A stretch of 64,000 bases of DNA, taken from NCBI GenBank assembly GCA_910584035.1, contig CAJTZR010000001.1, positions 1,576 through 65,575 of the forward strand, given 5' to 3'. A program made the translations under genes and the position numbers. Numbering within the stretch: the stretch's first letter is position 1; every line of letters begins with the position of its first letter. Under the pieces are notes generated by a model. That model searched no databases and was not told the origin of the DNA. It was given only the letters and a program-made list of their open reading frames with translations. Shown piece by piece: positions 44,400 through 53,719 of this stretch. The stretch is from an uncultured Christensenella sp. (lineage in GTDB: Bacteria > Bacillota > Clostridia > Christensenellales > UBA3700).

Positions 44400-45626
44400 A
44401 TGGATAAGAAAGATATTAAAAAAGTTGTTTTAGCATATTCAGGTGGTTTAGATACTTCTATTATAATTCCTTGGCTTAAGGAAAACTACAATAACTGCGA
44501 GGTTATCGCTGTTTCTGGTAACGTTGGACAAGCTGACGAGCTTGAGGGACTAGAGGAAAAGGCTTTAAAAACTGGTGCATCTAAACTATATGTTGAAGAT
44601 TTGACTGACGAGTTTGTTGAGGACTACATTATTCCTACAGTTAAAGCTGGTGCTTTGTATGAGGAGTATATGTTGGGTACATCTTTTGCACGTCCAATCA
44701 TTGCAAAGAGAATTGTTGAAATCGCATTAAAAGAAGGTGCTGACGCTATTTGTCACGGCTGTACTGGTAAGGGTAACGACCAAGTAAGGTTTGAGCTTAC
44801 TATTAAAGCATTTGCACCAGATATGCACATTATTGCACCTTGGAGAGAGTGGTCAATCAAGAGCCGTGAGGAGGAAATTGACTATGCAGAAAAACACAAT
44901 GTTCCATTAAAAATCAATCGTGAAACTAACTATAGTAAAGATAAGAACTTATGGCATTTGTCACACGAGGGTTTGGACTTGGAAGATGCTGGCAATGAGC
45001 CACTTTATGATAAAGAGGGCTTTTTGGAAATGGGCGTATCACCATTTAAAGCACCAGATAAGCCAACATACATAACAATGGACTTTGAGCAAGGTGTTCC
45101 AGTTAAGTTGAATGATAAGAAAATGAGTCCAAAGGAAATCGTTTTGGCACTAAATAAGTTTGGTGGTGAAAATGGTATTGGTCTATTGGATATTGTTGAA
45201 AATCGTTTAGTTGGTATGAAATGCCGTGGCGTTTATGAAACTCCAGGTGGTGCAATTTTATACTTTGCTCATAAGTATTTGGAAAGCTTGTGTTTAGATA
45301 AATATACAGCTCACAAAAAACAAGAACTTGCAGTTACTTTTGCAGATTTAGTTTACAATGGTCAATGGTTCACACCATTAAGAGAGGCTCTTTCAGCTTT
45401 TGTTGACAAAACTCAAGAAAGGGTTACTGGTAAAGTAAAACTTAAATTATACAAAGGTAACATTATTAAAGCAGGTGCTTGGAGTGATTACTCATTGTAT
45501 TCAGAGGAAATTGCTACTTTTGGTGAGGATAATGTTTACAATCAAGCTGATGCAACTGGCTTTATTAACTTGTTTGGTTTGCCAATCAAAGTACAAGCAC
45601 AAGTTAATGCTAAAAATAAAAAATAA
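44400..45626 (+). CDS. argG: Argininosuccinate synthase
   Basis: 408 aa. [12 protein letters not shown]-binding motif and [13 protein letters not shown]. Confidence 0.95.
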   Translation: MDKKDIKKVVLAYSGGLDTSIIIPWLKENYNNCEVIAVSGNVGQADELEGLEEKALKTGASKLYVEDLTDEFVEDYIIPTVKAGALYEEYMLGTSFARPIIAKRIVEIALKEGADAICHGCTGKGNDQVRFELTIKAFAPDMHIIAPWREWSIKSREEEIDYAEKHNVPLKINRETNYSKDKNLWHLSHEGLDLEDAGNEPLYDKEGFLEMGVSPFKAPDKPTYITMDFEQGVPVKLNDKKMSPKEIVLALNKFGGENGIGLLDIVENRLVGMKCRGVYETPGGAILYFAHKYLESLCLDKYTAHKKQELAVTFADLVYNGQWFTPLREALSAFVDKTQERVTGKVKLKLYKGNIIKAGAWSDYSLYSEEIATFGEDNVYNQADATGFINLFGLPIKVQAQVNAKNKK

Positions 45627-46116
45627 TAATTAACAATTGAAAAAAAGATTTTGTAATTATTGAAAGTATATATTAAGTGCTGTCAATAGATAGTAGTTTT
45701 TTAATTCAAATTGTTTGACTTAATATTTTGGCTAAAATTGATAATATTTGATAATTTAAGTTGGCTAAAATTTAACAATTTTAATTACTATTTGAAATAG
45801 TATCAAAGTGATTTTGCAGTAATTTGAATTATATTTGCAAGGTCAGTATAATATTTAAAACTTTGTTTAATGGTTTTTCATTGTATTAATGTTGAAATGA
45901 TTGGGGGTTAAACATATTTAAATGATTACTTACACTTTAAATTGTTAATTAATGTAAGCAGTTGCAAGAGTAAAAAATTATAGTAAAGTTACAAAATCGC
46001 AAAATATAAATAACAAATATTTAGGCAAGTGTTTTTTAAAAAGCTTTCGAAAATCGGGGGCAAATAAAAAGCATTTGCTTAAAGCACTATAAAAAGCTTT
46101 AGTAAAAAGGTGTAAT

Positions 46117-47508
46117 ATGCAGAAAATGTGGACTGGCAGAACGAGTGGCGAAATGAATGAGTTTGCGGACGATTTTAATTCCTCAATCGGTTTTGATAAA
46201 AAAATGTACAAACAAGATATTTGTGGTTCGATTGCTCACGCAACAATGCTTGCAAATCAAAAAATTATCACTGCAGAGGATAGAGATTTGATTATCGGCG
46301 GACTTAGTCGCATACTAGTTGATATAGAGAGTGGCAAGCTTGCAATTAGTGACGATGCGGAAGATATTCATATGTTTGTTGAAGCGGAACTTACTGAAAG
46401 GATAGGTGTTGTAGGCAAAAAGCTACACACTGCAAGAAGTAGGAACGACCAAGTTGCTCTTGATTTGAGAATGTATTTGCGTGACGAAAATATGGTTATC
46501 AAAAAAATGCTTTTGCAATTAATTGAAACTATTGCTAACAAAGCAAATGATAATCAAGACGTTATTATGTCAGGCTACACACATTTGCAAAGGGCTCAAC
46601 CTATATTATTCGCTCATCATTTGCTTGCATATGCTCAAATGTTTAAACGTGACTTGTCAAGGTTAAATGATGCGGTTGATAGAATGAATTATTCACCACT
46701 AGGCAGTTGTGCTTTAGCTGGTACAACATATGATACTGATAGACAAATGGTAGCCGACTTGCTAAAGTTTGACGGAATTACTGAAAATAGTATTGATGGC
46801 GTATCTGATAGAGATTTTTGCGTGGAACTATTGTCTTGTTACAGCATTATTATGATGCATTTATCAAGATTTTCAGAGGAAATCATTTTGTGGACAAGCT
46901 CAGAGTTTGGATATTGTCAGTTAGACGATGCGTTTACAACTGGTTCAAGTATTATGCCACAAAAGAAAAATTCCGATATGGCGGAGCTTATTAGAGGTAA
47001 GACTGGTAGAGTTTACGGCGATTTAATGGGTATTTTAACCGTGTTAAAAGGTTTGCCACTTGCTTATAACAAAGATATGCAAGAGGATAAAGAGGGTATT
47101 TTTGACGGAGTAAAGACGGTGCAAGATTGCTTGCAAGTGTTCATACCAATGCTTGAGAGTATGAAAGTACTTAAGGATAATATGTTGCAAAGTTGCAAAA
47201 CTGGTTTTATTAATGCAACAGATATGGCAGATTATTTGACAAAAAAAGGTTTGCCGTTTAGAGAGGCGTACAAGCTTGTTGGCAGTATTGTTGGTAAGTG
47301 CGTTGAGGAAAAAATCACTTTAGAGGATATAAAACTTGACGAGTACAAGCAAATGTGCGATTTGTTTGATAAAGACTTGTATGAGGAAATTGCACTTGAA
47401 ACTTGTGTCAATAAGAGAAATTCAGCGGGCGGTACAAGTAAAAGTCAAGTAATGATTCAGATTAAAAAGTTAATGGAGTTTGTGGAAAATGAAAAAAGTC
47501 TTTATTGA
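46117..47508 (+). CDS. argH: Argininosuccinate lyase
   Basis: 463 aa. Fumarate-lyase signature GSSIMPQKKN and TARSRNDQV. Confidence 0.95.
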   Translation: MQKMWTGRTSGEMNEFADDFNSSIGFDKKMYKQDICGSIAHATMLANQKIITAEDRDLIIGGLSRILVDIESGKLAISDDAEDIHMFVEAELTERIGVVGKKLHTARSRNDQVALDLRMYLRDENMVIKKMLLQLIETIANKANDNQDVIMSGYTHLQRAQPILFAHHLLAYAQMFKRDLSRLNDAVDRMNYSPLGSCALAGTTYDTDRQMVADLLKFDGITENSIDGVSDRDFCVELLSCYSIIMMHLSRFSEEIILWTSSEFGYCQLDDAFTTGSSIMPQKKNSDMAELIRGKTGRVYGDLMGILTVLKGLPLAYNKDMQEDKEGIFDGVKTVQDCLQVFIPMLESMKVLKDNMLQSCKTGFINATDMADYLTKKGLPFREAYKLVGSIVGKCVEEKITLEDIKLDEYKQMCDLFDKDLYEEIALETCVNKRNSAGGTSKSQVMIQIKKLMEFVENEKSLY

Positions 47509-48418
47509 CGGAAAAGAAGGCACAACTGGTCTTAGGATATATGACAGATTAAAGGACAGAAAAGATATTGAACTTATTTTGTTAAGTGATGAGGACAGAA
47601 AGAACTACGATTGTAGAAAGAAAGCTATCAATAGTAGCGATATTACAATTTTATGTTTGCCAGACAGCATTGCTATGGAATCTGTAAGTATGGTTGAAAA
47701 TGATAATACTATTATAATAGATTGTTCCACTGCACATAGAACAGAGCAAGGTTGGGTTTATGCGTTCCCAGAGTTGTATAAAGATTTTGAAAGTGTTGTA
47801 AAAAGTAATAAAAGATTTGCCGTACCTGGTTGTCACGCAAGTGGTGTAATAGCACTTGTAAAGCCATTGATTGATAATGGTATTTTGGATAAAGATGCGT
47901 TGCTAACAATTACCTCAATCACTGGATATAGCGGTGGCGGTAAAAAAATGATTGCTGAATATGAGGCAGAAAATAGATGTTCGCTTTTTGACTTTCCAAG
48001 GCAATATGCAATTAGTACAAATCATAAACATTTAAAGGAAATTGTAAAAATTAGTGGACTTACTAATACACCTAATTTTATGCCGATTGTTGGTGATTTT
48101 TATAGCGGAATGCAAGTGGTAATACCGATTTTCAGCACATATTTGAAAAATAATAAGGGACTTAATGATATTATTGCGGAGTATAAAAAGCAATACAATA
48201 ATGAGATTGTGTTTTACAGCGAGGAAAATGAAAACGGCTTTTTATCAAGCGGTGTAATGGCGAGCAAAGATAGTATGAGCATATCAGCTTTTGGTGGCGA
48301 GGATAGAATATTGCTTTGTGCAAGGTATGATAACTTGGGCAAAGGTGCTAGCGGTGCTGCGGTGGAGTGTTTGAATTATATTTTAAAAGAGGATAAAGCA
48401 AAAGATTTAGTGCTTTGA
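47489..48418 (+). CDS. argC: N-acetyl-gamma-glutamyl-phosphate reductase (short form)
   Basis: MKKVFIDGKEGTTGLRI and the active-site region VPGCHASG. The ATG at 47489 (GGAG 10 nt upstream) is preferred to the track TTG at 47480. Confidence 0.85.
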   Translation: MKKVFIDGKEGTTGLRIYDRLKDRKDIELILLSDEDRKNYDCRKKAINSSDITILCLPDSIAMESVSMVENDNTIIIDCSTAHRTEQGWVYAFPELYKDFESVVKSNKRFAVPGCHASGVIALVKPLIDNGILDKDALLTITSITGYSGGGKKMIAEYEAENRCSLFDFPRQYAISTNHKHLKEIVKISGLTNTPNFMPIVGDFYSGMQVVIPIFSTYLKNNKGLNDIIAEYKKQYNNEIVFYSEENENGFLSSGVMASKDSMSISAFGGEDRILLCARYDNLGKGASGAAVECLNYILKEDKAKDLVL

Positions 48419-48430
48419 ATAGGAGATAAT

Positions 48431-49642
48431 ATGGAATTTATTAGTGGCGGTGTTTGTGCGGCAAAAGGTTTTAGTGCAAATGGTATACACTGCGGAATAA
48501 GGAAAAACAGAACAAAAAGAGATTTGTCTTTAATTTACAGCGAATGTGTTGCTAATGTAGCTGCGGTTTATACAACTAACTTAGTTAAAGGTGCACCGCT
48601 TGTAGTTACAAAAAAACATATTCAAAATGGCAAAGCACAAGCGGTTATCTGCAATAGCGGTAACGCAAATACTTGCAATGCTAACGGCGAACAAATTGCT
48701 GAACAAACTTGTAGTTTGCTTGCAAAGGAACTTAACATTGATGCTAATGACATTGTAGTTGCATCTACTGGTGTTATTGGACAAGAGATGAGCATTGAAC
48801 CATTTAAAGTGGGTATGCCACAGCTTGTAAGCGGTCTTGGTGATAATAGTAATTTTGCGGAAGAGGGCATTATGACTACCGATACAATTGCAAAATCTGT
48901 TGCAGTTTCTTTTGAAATTGACGGCAAAGTTTGTAAAATTGGCGGTATTGCAAAAGGTTCAGGAATGATTCACCCAGATATGGCAACAATGCTTGTATTT
49001 ATTACTACCGATTGTGCTATCTCAAGTGAAATGCTAAATAAAGCTTTAAAGAGTGATATTCAAAGTACTTTCAATATGGTTAGTGTGGACGGAGATACTT
49101 CTACTAACGATATGGTAGTTGTGCTTGCAAATGGCTTGGCACAAAATAAGGAAATTACAAAATATGGCAAAGATTTTGACACTTTTATGTGTGCTTTGAA
49201 TAGTGTCAATGTTGCATTGTGCAAAATGATTGCTGGTGATGGCGAGGGTGCAACAAAGCTTATTGAGTGTAATGTTAAAGGTGCAAAAACGGAAGAGATT
49301 GCTAAAAAGGTGTCAAAGAGTGTTATTTGTTCCTCTTTGGTAAAAAGTGCAATGTTCGGTTCAGATGCTAACTGGGGTAGAATTCTTTGTGCAATTGGAT
49401 ATAGCAAATGTGATGTAAACGTTAACAAAATTGACGTTAAGTTTATATCTAAAGGCGGAGAAATACTTGTTTGCCAAAATGGTTCGGGTGTTGAGTTTTC
49501 GGAAGAGCTTGCAAAAAAAGTTTTGCTAGAGCGTGAGATTAATATAGATATTAACTTAAATGACGGAAAAGCAACTGCAACTGCTTGGGGCTGTGACTTA
49601 ACATATGATTACGTTAAAATAAATGGCGATTATCGTACTTGA
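48431..49642 (+). CDS. argJ: Bifunctional glutamate N-acetyltransferase / amino-acid acetyltransferase
   Basis: 403 aa. KGSGMIHPDMATMLVFITTD contains the autoprocessing TML site. Confidence 0.9.
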   Translation: MEFISGGVCAAKGFSANGIHCGIRKNRTKRDLSLIYSECVANVAAVYTTNLVKGAPLVVTKKHIQNGKAQAVICNSGNANTCNANGEQIAEQTCSLLAKELNIDANDIVVASTGVIGQEMSIEPFKVGMPQLVSGLGDNSNFAEEGIMTTDTIAKSVAVSFEIDGKVCKIGGIAKGSGMIHPDMATMLVFITTDCAISSEMLNKALKSDIQSTFNMVSVDGDTSTNDMVVVLANGLAQNKEITKYGKDFDTFMCALNSVNVALCKMIAGDGEGATKLIECNVKGAKTEEIAKKVSKSVICSSLVKSAMFGSDANWGRILCAIGYSKCDVNVNKIDVKFISKGGEILVCQNGSGVEFSEELAKKVLLEREINIDINLNDGKATATAWGCDLTYDYVKINGDYRT

Positions 49643-49656
49643 TAAATAGGTGAATT

Positions 49657-50514
49657 ATGGAAAATATATCAAATCAAGATAGGGCAACAGTACTAATCAA
49701 CGCTTTGCCATATATAAAAAAATATAGCGGAAAAATTGTCGTTGTAAAATACGGCGGTAATGCTATGATTAATCAAGAATTGAAAAATTCGGTAATGAAA
49801 GATATCGTTTTGTTATCTTTAATTGGCGTCAAAGTAGTTTTAGTACACGGAGGCGGACCAGAGATTTCTGATATGCTAAACAAGCTTGGTAAGGAAAGTG
49901 TTTTTAGCAACGGCTTGCGAGTTACAGATAAGGACACTGTTGAGGTTGTACAAATGGTGCTTGCTGGTAAAGTTAATAAAGACCTAGTTAATCTATTACA
50001 AGTAAATGGTGGTGTGGCTATCGGTTTATCGGGTATTGACGGACATATGATTGATGCCGATTGCAAACACGCTGACCTAGGATATGTTGGTAATATCCGC
50101 AAGATAAATGTTCAGCCTATTATTGACCAGTTGGAGAAAGGTTACATTCCAGTAGTTTCAACTATTGCGTGCGATAAAGAGGGTAATGTTTACAATATAA
50201 ATGCGGATACTGCTGCTGCTAAAATTGCTGGTGAACTTGAGGCGGAAAGTCTTATCACAATGACTGACATTAGCGGTATTTTAATGGATAAGGATGACCC
50301 AGACAGCCTAGTTTCCAAACTTTCCATAAGTGAAGCTAAGGAATTTATCAAAAAAGGCATTATTAATGGCGGTATGATTCCAAAAACAGAGTGTTGCATA
50401 AATGCGGTTAAGTGGGGCGTTAAAAAGGTGTTCATTATTGACGGCAGAAAAAAACATTCAATCATTATGGAAATGTTGACAAACGAAGGTTTGGGAACTA
50501 TGTTTGAGGAGTAA
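49657..50514 (+). CDS. argB: Acetylglutamate kinase
   Basis: 285 aa. VVKYGGNAM, LVHGGGPEI and NINADTAA. Confidence 0.9.
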   Translation: MENISNQDRATVLINALPYIKKYSGKIVVVKYGGNAMINQELKNSVMKDIVLLSLIGVKVVLVHGGGPEISDMLNKLGKESVFSNGLRVTDKDTVEVVQMVLAGKVNKDLVNLLQVNGGVAIGLSGIDGHMIDADCKHADLGYVGNIRKINVQPIIDQLEKGYIPVVSTIACDKEGNVYNINADTAAAKIAGELEAESLITMTDISGILMDKDDPDSLVSKLSISEAKEFIKKGIINGGMIPKTECCINAVKWGVKKVFIIDGRKKHSIIMEMLTNEGLGTMFEE

Positions 50515-50517
50515 ATT

Positions 50518-51690
50518 ATGAATATTTTTCAAGAGGATAAACAATACATTGCTGGTACTTACAATCGTTTTCCCGTTGACATTGAAAAAGGTAAAGGTGC
50601 GATTGCAATAGATAGCAATGGCAATAAATATATAGATTTTACGAGTGGCATTGGTGTTAATATCTTTGGGTATTGTGATGAGGTTTGGACTAATGCCGTG
50701 AGCTGTCAAGCTGGTATGTTACAACATACATCTAACTTGTATTACACTAAGCCTTGTGTGGAACTTGCAAAGCTATTAGTTCAAAAAACAAATTTAAAAA
50801 AAGTATTTTTCTCTAATTCTGGTGCGGAAGCTAACGAGTGTGCTATTAAAACTGCAAGGAAATATGCTCAAGACAAGAAAGGTAAAGAATATTACACTAT
50901 TTTGACTTTAAAGAATAGTTTTCACGGCAGAACAATTACTACTTTGGCTGCTACTGGTCAAGATGTTTTCCATAAGGACTTTACACCTTTGACAGAGGGC
51001 TTTGTATATGCCGAAGCGAATAATATTCAAAGTGTAAAAGATGCAGTGCAACAAAATAAGCTTGCTGGTATTATGATTGAGGTTATTCAAGGTGAGGGCG
51101 GTGTAAATGCCCTTGACTCAAGCTTTGTTAAAGAGGTTGCGGAACTTGCAAATAAAAATGACATTATCTTGATTGTAGACGAAGTTCAAACCGGTAATGG
51201 TAGAACTGGTAAGTTTTATGGATATATGAACTTTGACATAATGCCAGATATTGTTACAACTGCAAAAGGTTTGGGGGGCGGTTTGCCAATCGGTGCAACT
51301 ATCTTTGGTGAGAAAACAGCTGATGTTTTAAAAGCAAGTGACCACGGCTCTACTTTTGGTGGTAATCCCGTTTGTGCTTCTGGTGCAGTTAGCATTGTTA
51401 AAAGAATTGATGACAACCTATTAAAAAGCGTTTGCGAAAAGTCAGAGTATATCAAAAGCGAACTACTTAATACAAAAGGCGTAAAAAGTGTTAGCGGTAT
51501 GGGACTTATGCTTGGCGTAGATGTTGAATGCGATAATAAGGCAGTTGTAAATAAATGTATTCAAAAAGGTTTGTTGGTACTTACTGCAAAAAGTAAAATT
51601 AGGTTGTTACCACCATTGAATATTGATAATGAATTGTTAAAGGAAGGTATAGCAATATTAAAACAAGCTATACAAGAGGTGTTAGTATGA
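50518..51690 (+). CDS. argD: Acetylornithine aminotransferase
   Basis: 390 aa. [19 protein letters not shown] and the PLP-lysine region TTAKGLGGG. Confidence 0.9.
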   Translation: MNIFQEDKQYIAGTYNRFPVDIEKGKGAIAIDSNGNKYIDFTSGIGVNIFGYCDEVWTNAVSCQAGMLQHTSNLYYTKPCVELAKLLVQKTNLKKVFFSNSGAEANECAIKTARKYAQDKKGKEYYTILTLKNSFHGRTITTLAATGQDVFHKDFTPLTEGFVYAEANNIQSVKDAVQQNKLAGIMIEVIQGEGGVNALDSSFVKEVAELANKNDIILIVDEVQTGNGRTGKFYGYMNFDIMPDIVTTAKGLGGGLPIGATIFGEKTADVLKASDHGSTFGGNPVCASGAVSIVKRIDDNLLKSVCEKSEYIKSELLNTKGVKSVSGMGLMLGVDVECDNKAVVNKCIQKGLLVLTAKSKIRLLPPLNIDNELLKEGIAILKQAIQEVLV

Positions 51691-52688
51691 ATTTAAAAGG
51701 TAGAGATTTTTTAAAACTATTAGATTTTTCTACGCAAGAGATTGATTATTTAATTGGTCTTGCGGGCAAGTTAAAAGCTGAGAAAAAGAATGGTATTCCA
51801 CACAGACATTTACAAGGCAAAAACATTGCGTTGATATTTGAAAAGACAAGTACTAGGACAAGATGTGCTTTTGAGGTGGCTGGATACGATTTAGGTATGA
51901 ATGTTACATATTTAGATTCCCAAGGTTCACAGATTGGCAAAAAGGAAAGTATTTCTGATACTGCACAAGTTTTGGCTGGTATGTTTGACGGAATCGAGTA
52001 CAGAGGATATGGACAAAACTTGGTGGAAGAACTTGCTAAATATTCAAAAGTACCAGTTTGGAATGGTTTGACTGACGAGTTCCATCCTACTCAAATTTTG
52101 GCAGACTTTTTGACTATTAAGGAAAAATTTGGTAGATTAAAAGGTCTTAAACTTGTTTATATGGGTGATAGCAGATTTAATATGGGCAATTCGCTTATGG
52201 TAGGTTGTGCTAAAATGGGTATTGATTTTGTGGCTTGCAGTCCAAAAAAATACTTTCCTAATGAGGAACTTGTTGCACAATGCAAAGCTATTGCAAAGCA
52301 AAATGGCAGTACAATTGAGCTAACTGATAATGTGGAAAAAGGTGTTACAGGTGCAAATGTAATTTATACTGACGTTTGGGTTTCAATGGGTGAGCCATTT
52401 GAGGTTTGGGAGCAAAGGATAAATGAATTGTTGCCTTATAAAGTAACTGATAAAGTTATGGATATGGCAGATAAAAATGCAATATTTATGCATTGCTTGC
52501 CAGCTTTCCACGATAAAAACACAAAAATCGGTAAGGAAATTTGCGAAAAGTTTGGGCTTGATAGCTTAGAGGTTGCAGATAGTGTGTTTACAAGTGATAA
52601 GTCAGTTGTCTTTGACGAGGCTGAAAACAGAATGCACACAATAAAAGCTGTAATGCTTGCAACTCTTGGTGAGAATGATTATGAATAA
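51687..52688 (+). CDS. argF: Ornithine carbamoyltransferase
   Basis: 333 aa. [13 protein letters not shown] and HCLPA motifs. ATGA overlap with argD. Confidence 0.9.
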   Translation: MNLKGRDFLKLLDFSTQEIDYLIGLAGKLKAEKKNGIPHRHLQGKNIALIFEKTSTRTRCAFEVAGYDLGMNVTYLDSQGSQIGKKESISDTAQVLAGMFDGIEYRGYGQNLVEELAKYSKVPVWNGLTDEFHPTQILADFLTIKEKFGRLKGLKLVYMGDSRFNMGNSLMVGCAKMGIDFVACSPKKYFPNEELVAQCKAIAKQNGSTIELTDNVEKGVTGANVIYTDVWVSMGEPFEVWEQRINELLPYKVTDKVMDMADKNAIFMHCLPAFHDKNTKIGKEICEKFGLDSLEVADSVFTSDKSVVFDEAENRMHTIKAVMLATLGENDYE

Positions 52689-53520
52689 AAAGTTACAATA
52701 TACAAAATTATTTATTGTGCCTATGCTATTTTTAATTACATTAATATATAGTATAGTTACAAGTATTGTCGCAAGTGATAGCCAAAATTGGTATAGCTTT
52801 TTTGGTCAAGTTGTACTTGTGTTAGTGTGGGTATTTGGTAATATTGGCTTTAAAAAATTCTTAAAAAACAAAGTGCTTGCCACTATATTAGCAAATGTAA
52901 TATTTCAGTTGCTATTGTTTGCTCATATATGGATTTATCTTTTTTGTGTAATGCAAGCAACTGGTTTTGACTTTGCTGGATACTTGGCTTTTTGTTTTGT
53001 GGCTATTGGCTTTGTAGCAGTAATTATATTGCTATGTGATTTGGTACAATGCGTAACACCAGTTAACTTATTTAAAAATACAATAGATTTGGATACAAAC
53101 AATACTAGTAAATTAAACAAAATATTTTTAGCTATAATACCTATTTTGCTAGCTTGGACATTATTGTTTGGTACAATTAGTATATCATCAGATATAATGT
53201 ATTTAATTTTAAATTTTGTAGCATCAATAATACTAATAGCAGTTTGGATAGGGGTAACAAAACTACTTGAAAAGTATTTAAAAGATAAAAAATCTGTATT
53301 GCTTATCTCACAAATAATTTTCCAAGTATTTATGCTAATCTATGTAATTAGCAGTATACTTTTAATGGTGCTAGTTAGTCCAACAAGTATTATGGGTTGT
53401 GTTTATCAATATGCAAGTTTAATCTTTATAAGCATAATCGCACTAATAGTGTTTGTTTTGCAAAATAAAATGTTAAATACACCTAAAGCAGACTTAACAA
53501 ACCAAACATTAGAAAATTAA
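52681..53520 (+). CDS. Uncharacterised 8-TM membrane protein with 4+4 internal duplication, overlapping the end of argF
   Basis: The ATG at 52681 (GGTGAG 9 nt upstream) overlaps argF by 8 nt. [36 protein letters not shown] is echoed by [37 protein letters not shown]. Confidence 0.7.
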   Translation: MNKKLQYTKLFIVPMLFLITLIYSIVTSIVASDSQNWYSFFGQVVLVLVWVFGNIGFKKFLKNKVLATILANVIFQLLLFAHIWIYLFCVMQATGFDFAGYLAFCFVAIGFVAVIILLCDLVQCVTPVNLFKNTIDLDTNNTSKLNKIFLAIIPILLAWTLLFGTISISSDIMYLILNFVASIILIAVWIGVTKLLEKYLKDKKSVLLISQIIFQVFMLIYVISSILLMVLVSPTSIMGCVYQYASLIFISIIALIVFVLQNKMLNTPKADLTNQTLEN

Positions 53521-53546
53521 ATACTTACAATATTAATAATAAAATA

Positions 53547-53582
53547 AAAAGATAGCAGTGTAACCACACTGCTATCTTTTTT
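53547..53582 (+). terminator. Terminator of the arg operon
   Basis: AAAAGATAGCAGTG-TAACCA-CACTGCTATCTTTTTT. Confidence 0.75.
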
Positions 53583-53618
53583 AAGTAATTGAAATTGAAT
53601 GGTAGAATTTTTTAGGTA

Positions 53619-53647
53619 TTGTCAAATGCTACATTATTTGATATAAT
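53619..53647 (+). promoter_or_regulatory. Promoter TTGTCA-17-TATAAT upstream of the MacB-like pair
   Basis: TTGTCA at 53619-53624 and TATAAT at 53642-53647. Confidence 0.55.
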
Positions 53648-53719
53648 AGTATTAAGGGGGATTGCAATTATATTTTTCTATGGTTTTTTACATAGTAATT
53701 TGTTAATTGCAGTTTTAAA

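Noticed and set aside
45627-46116. T-box or riboswitch leader upstream of argH
   Set aside because: I could not find the T-box sequence, a specifier-loop context, or any riboswitch core I recognise. Only AT-rich sequence with a duplicated 12-mer is present.
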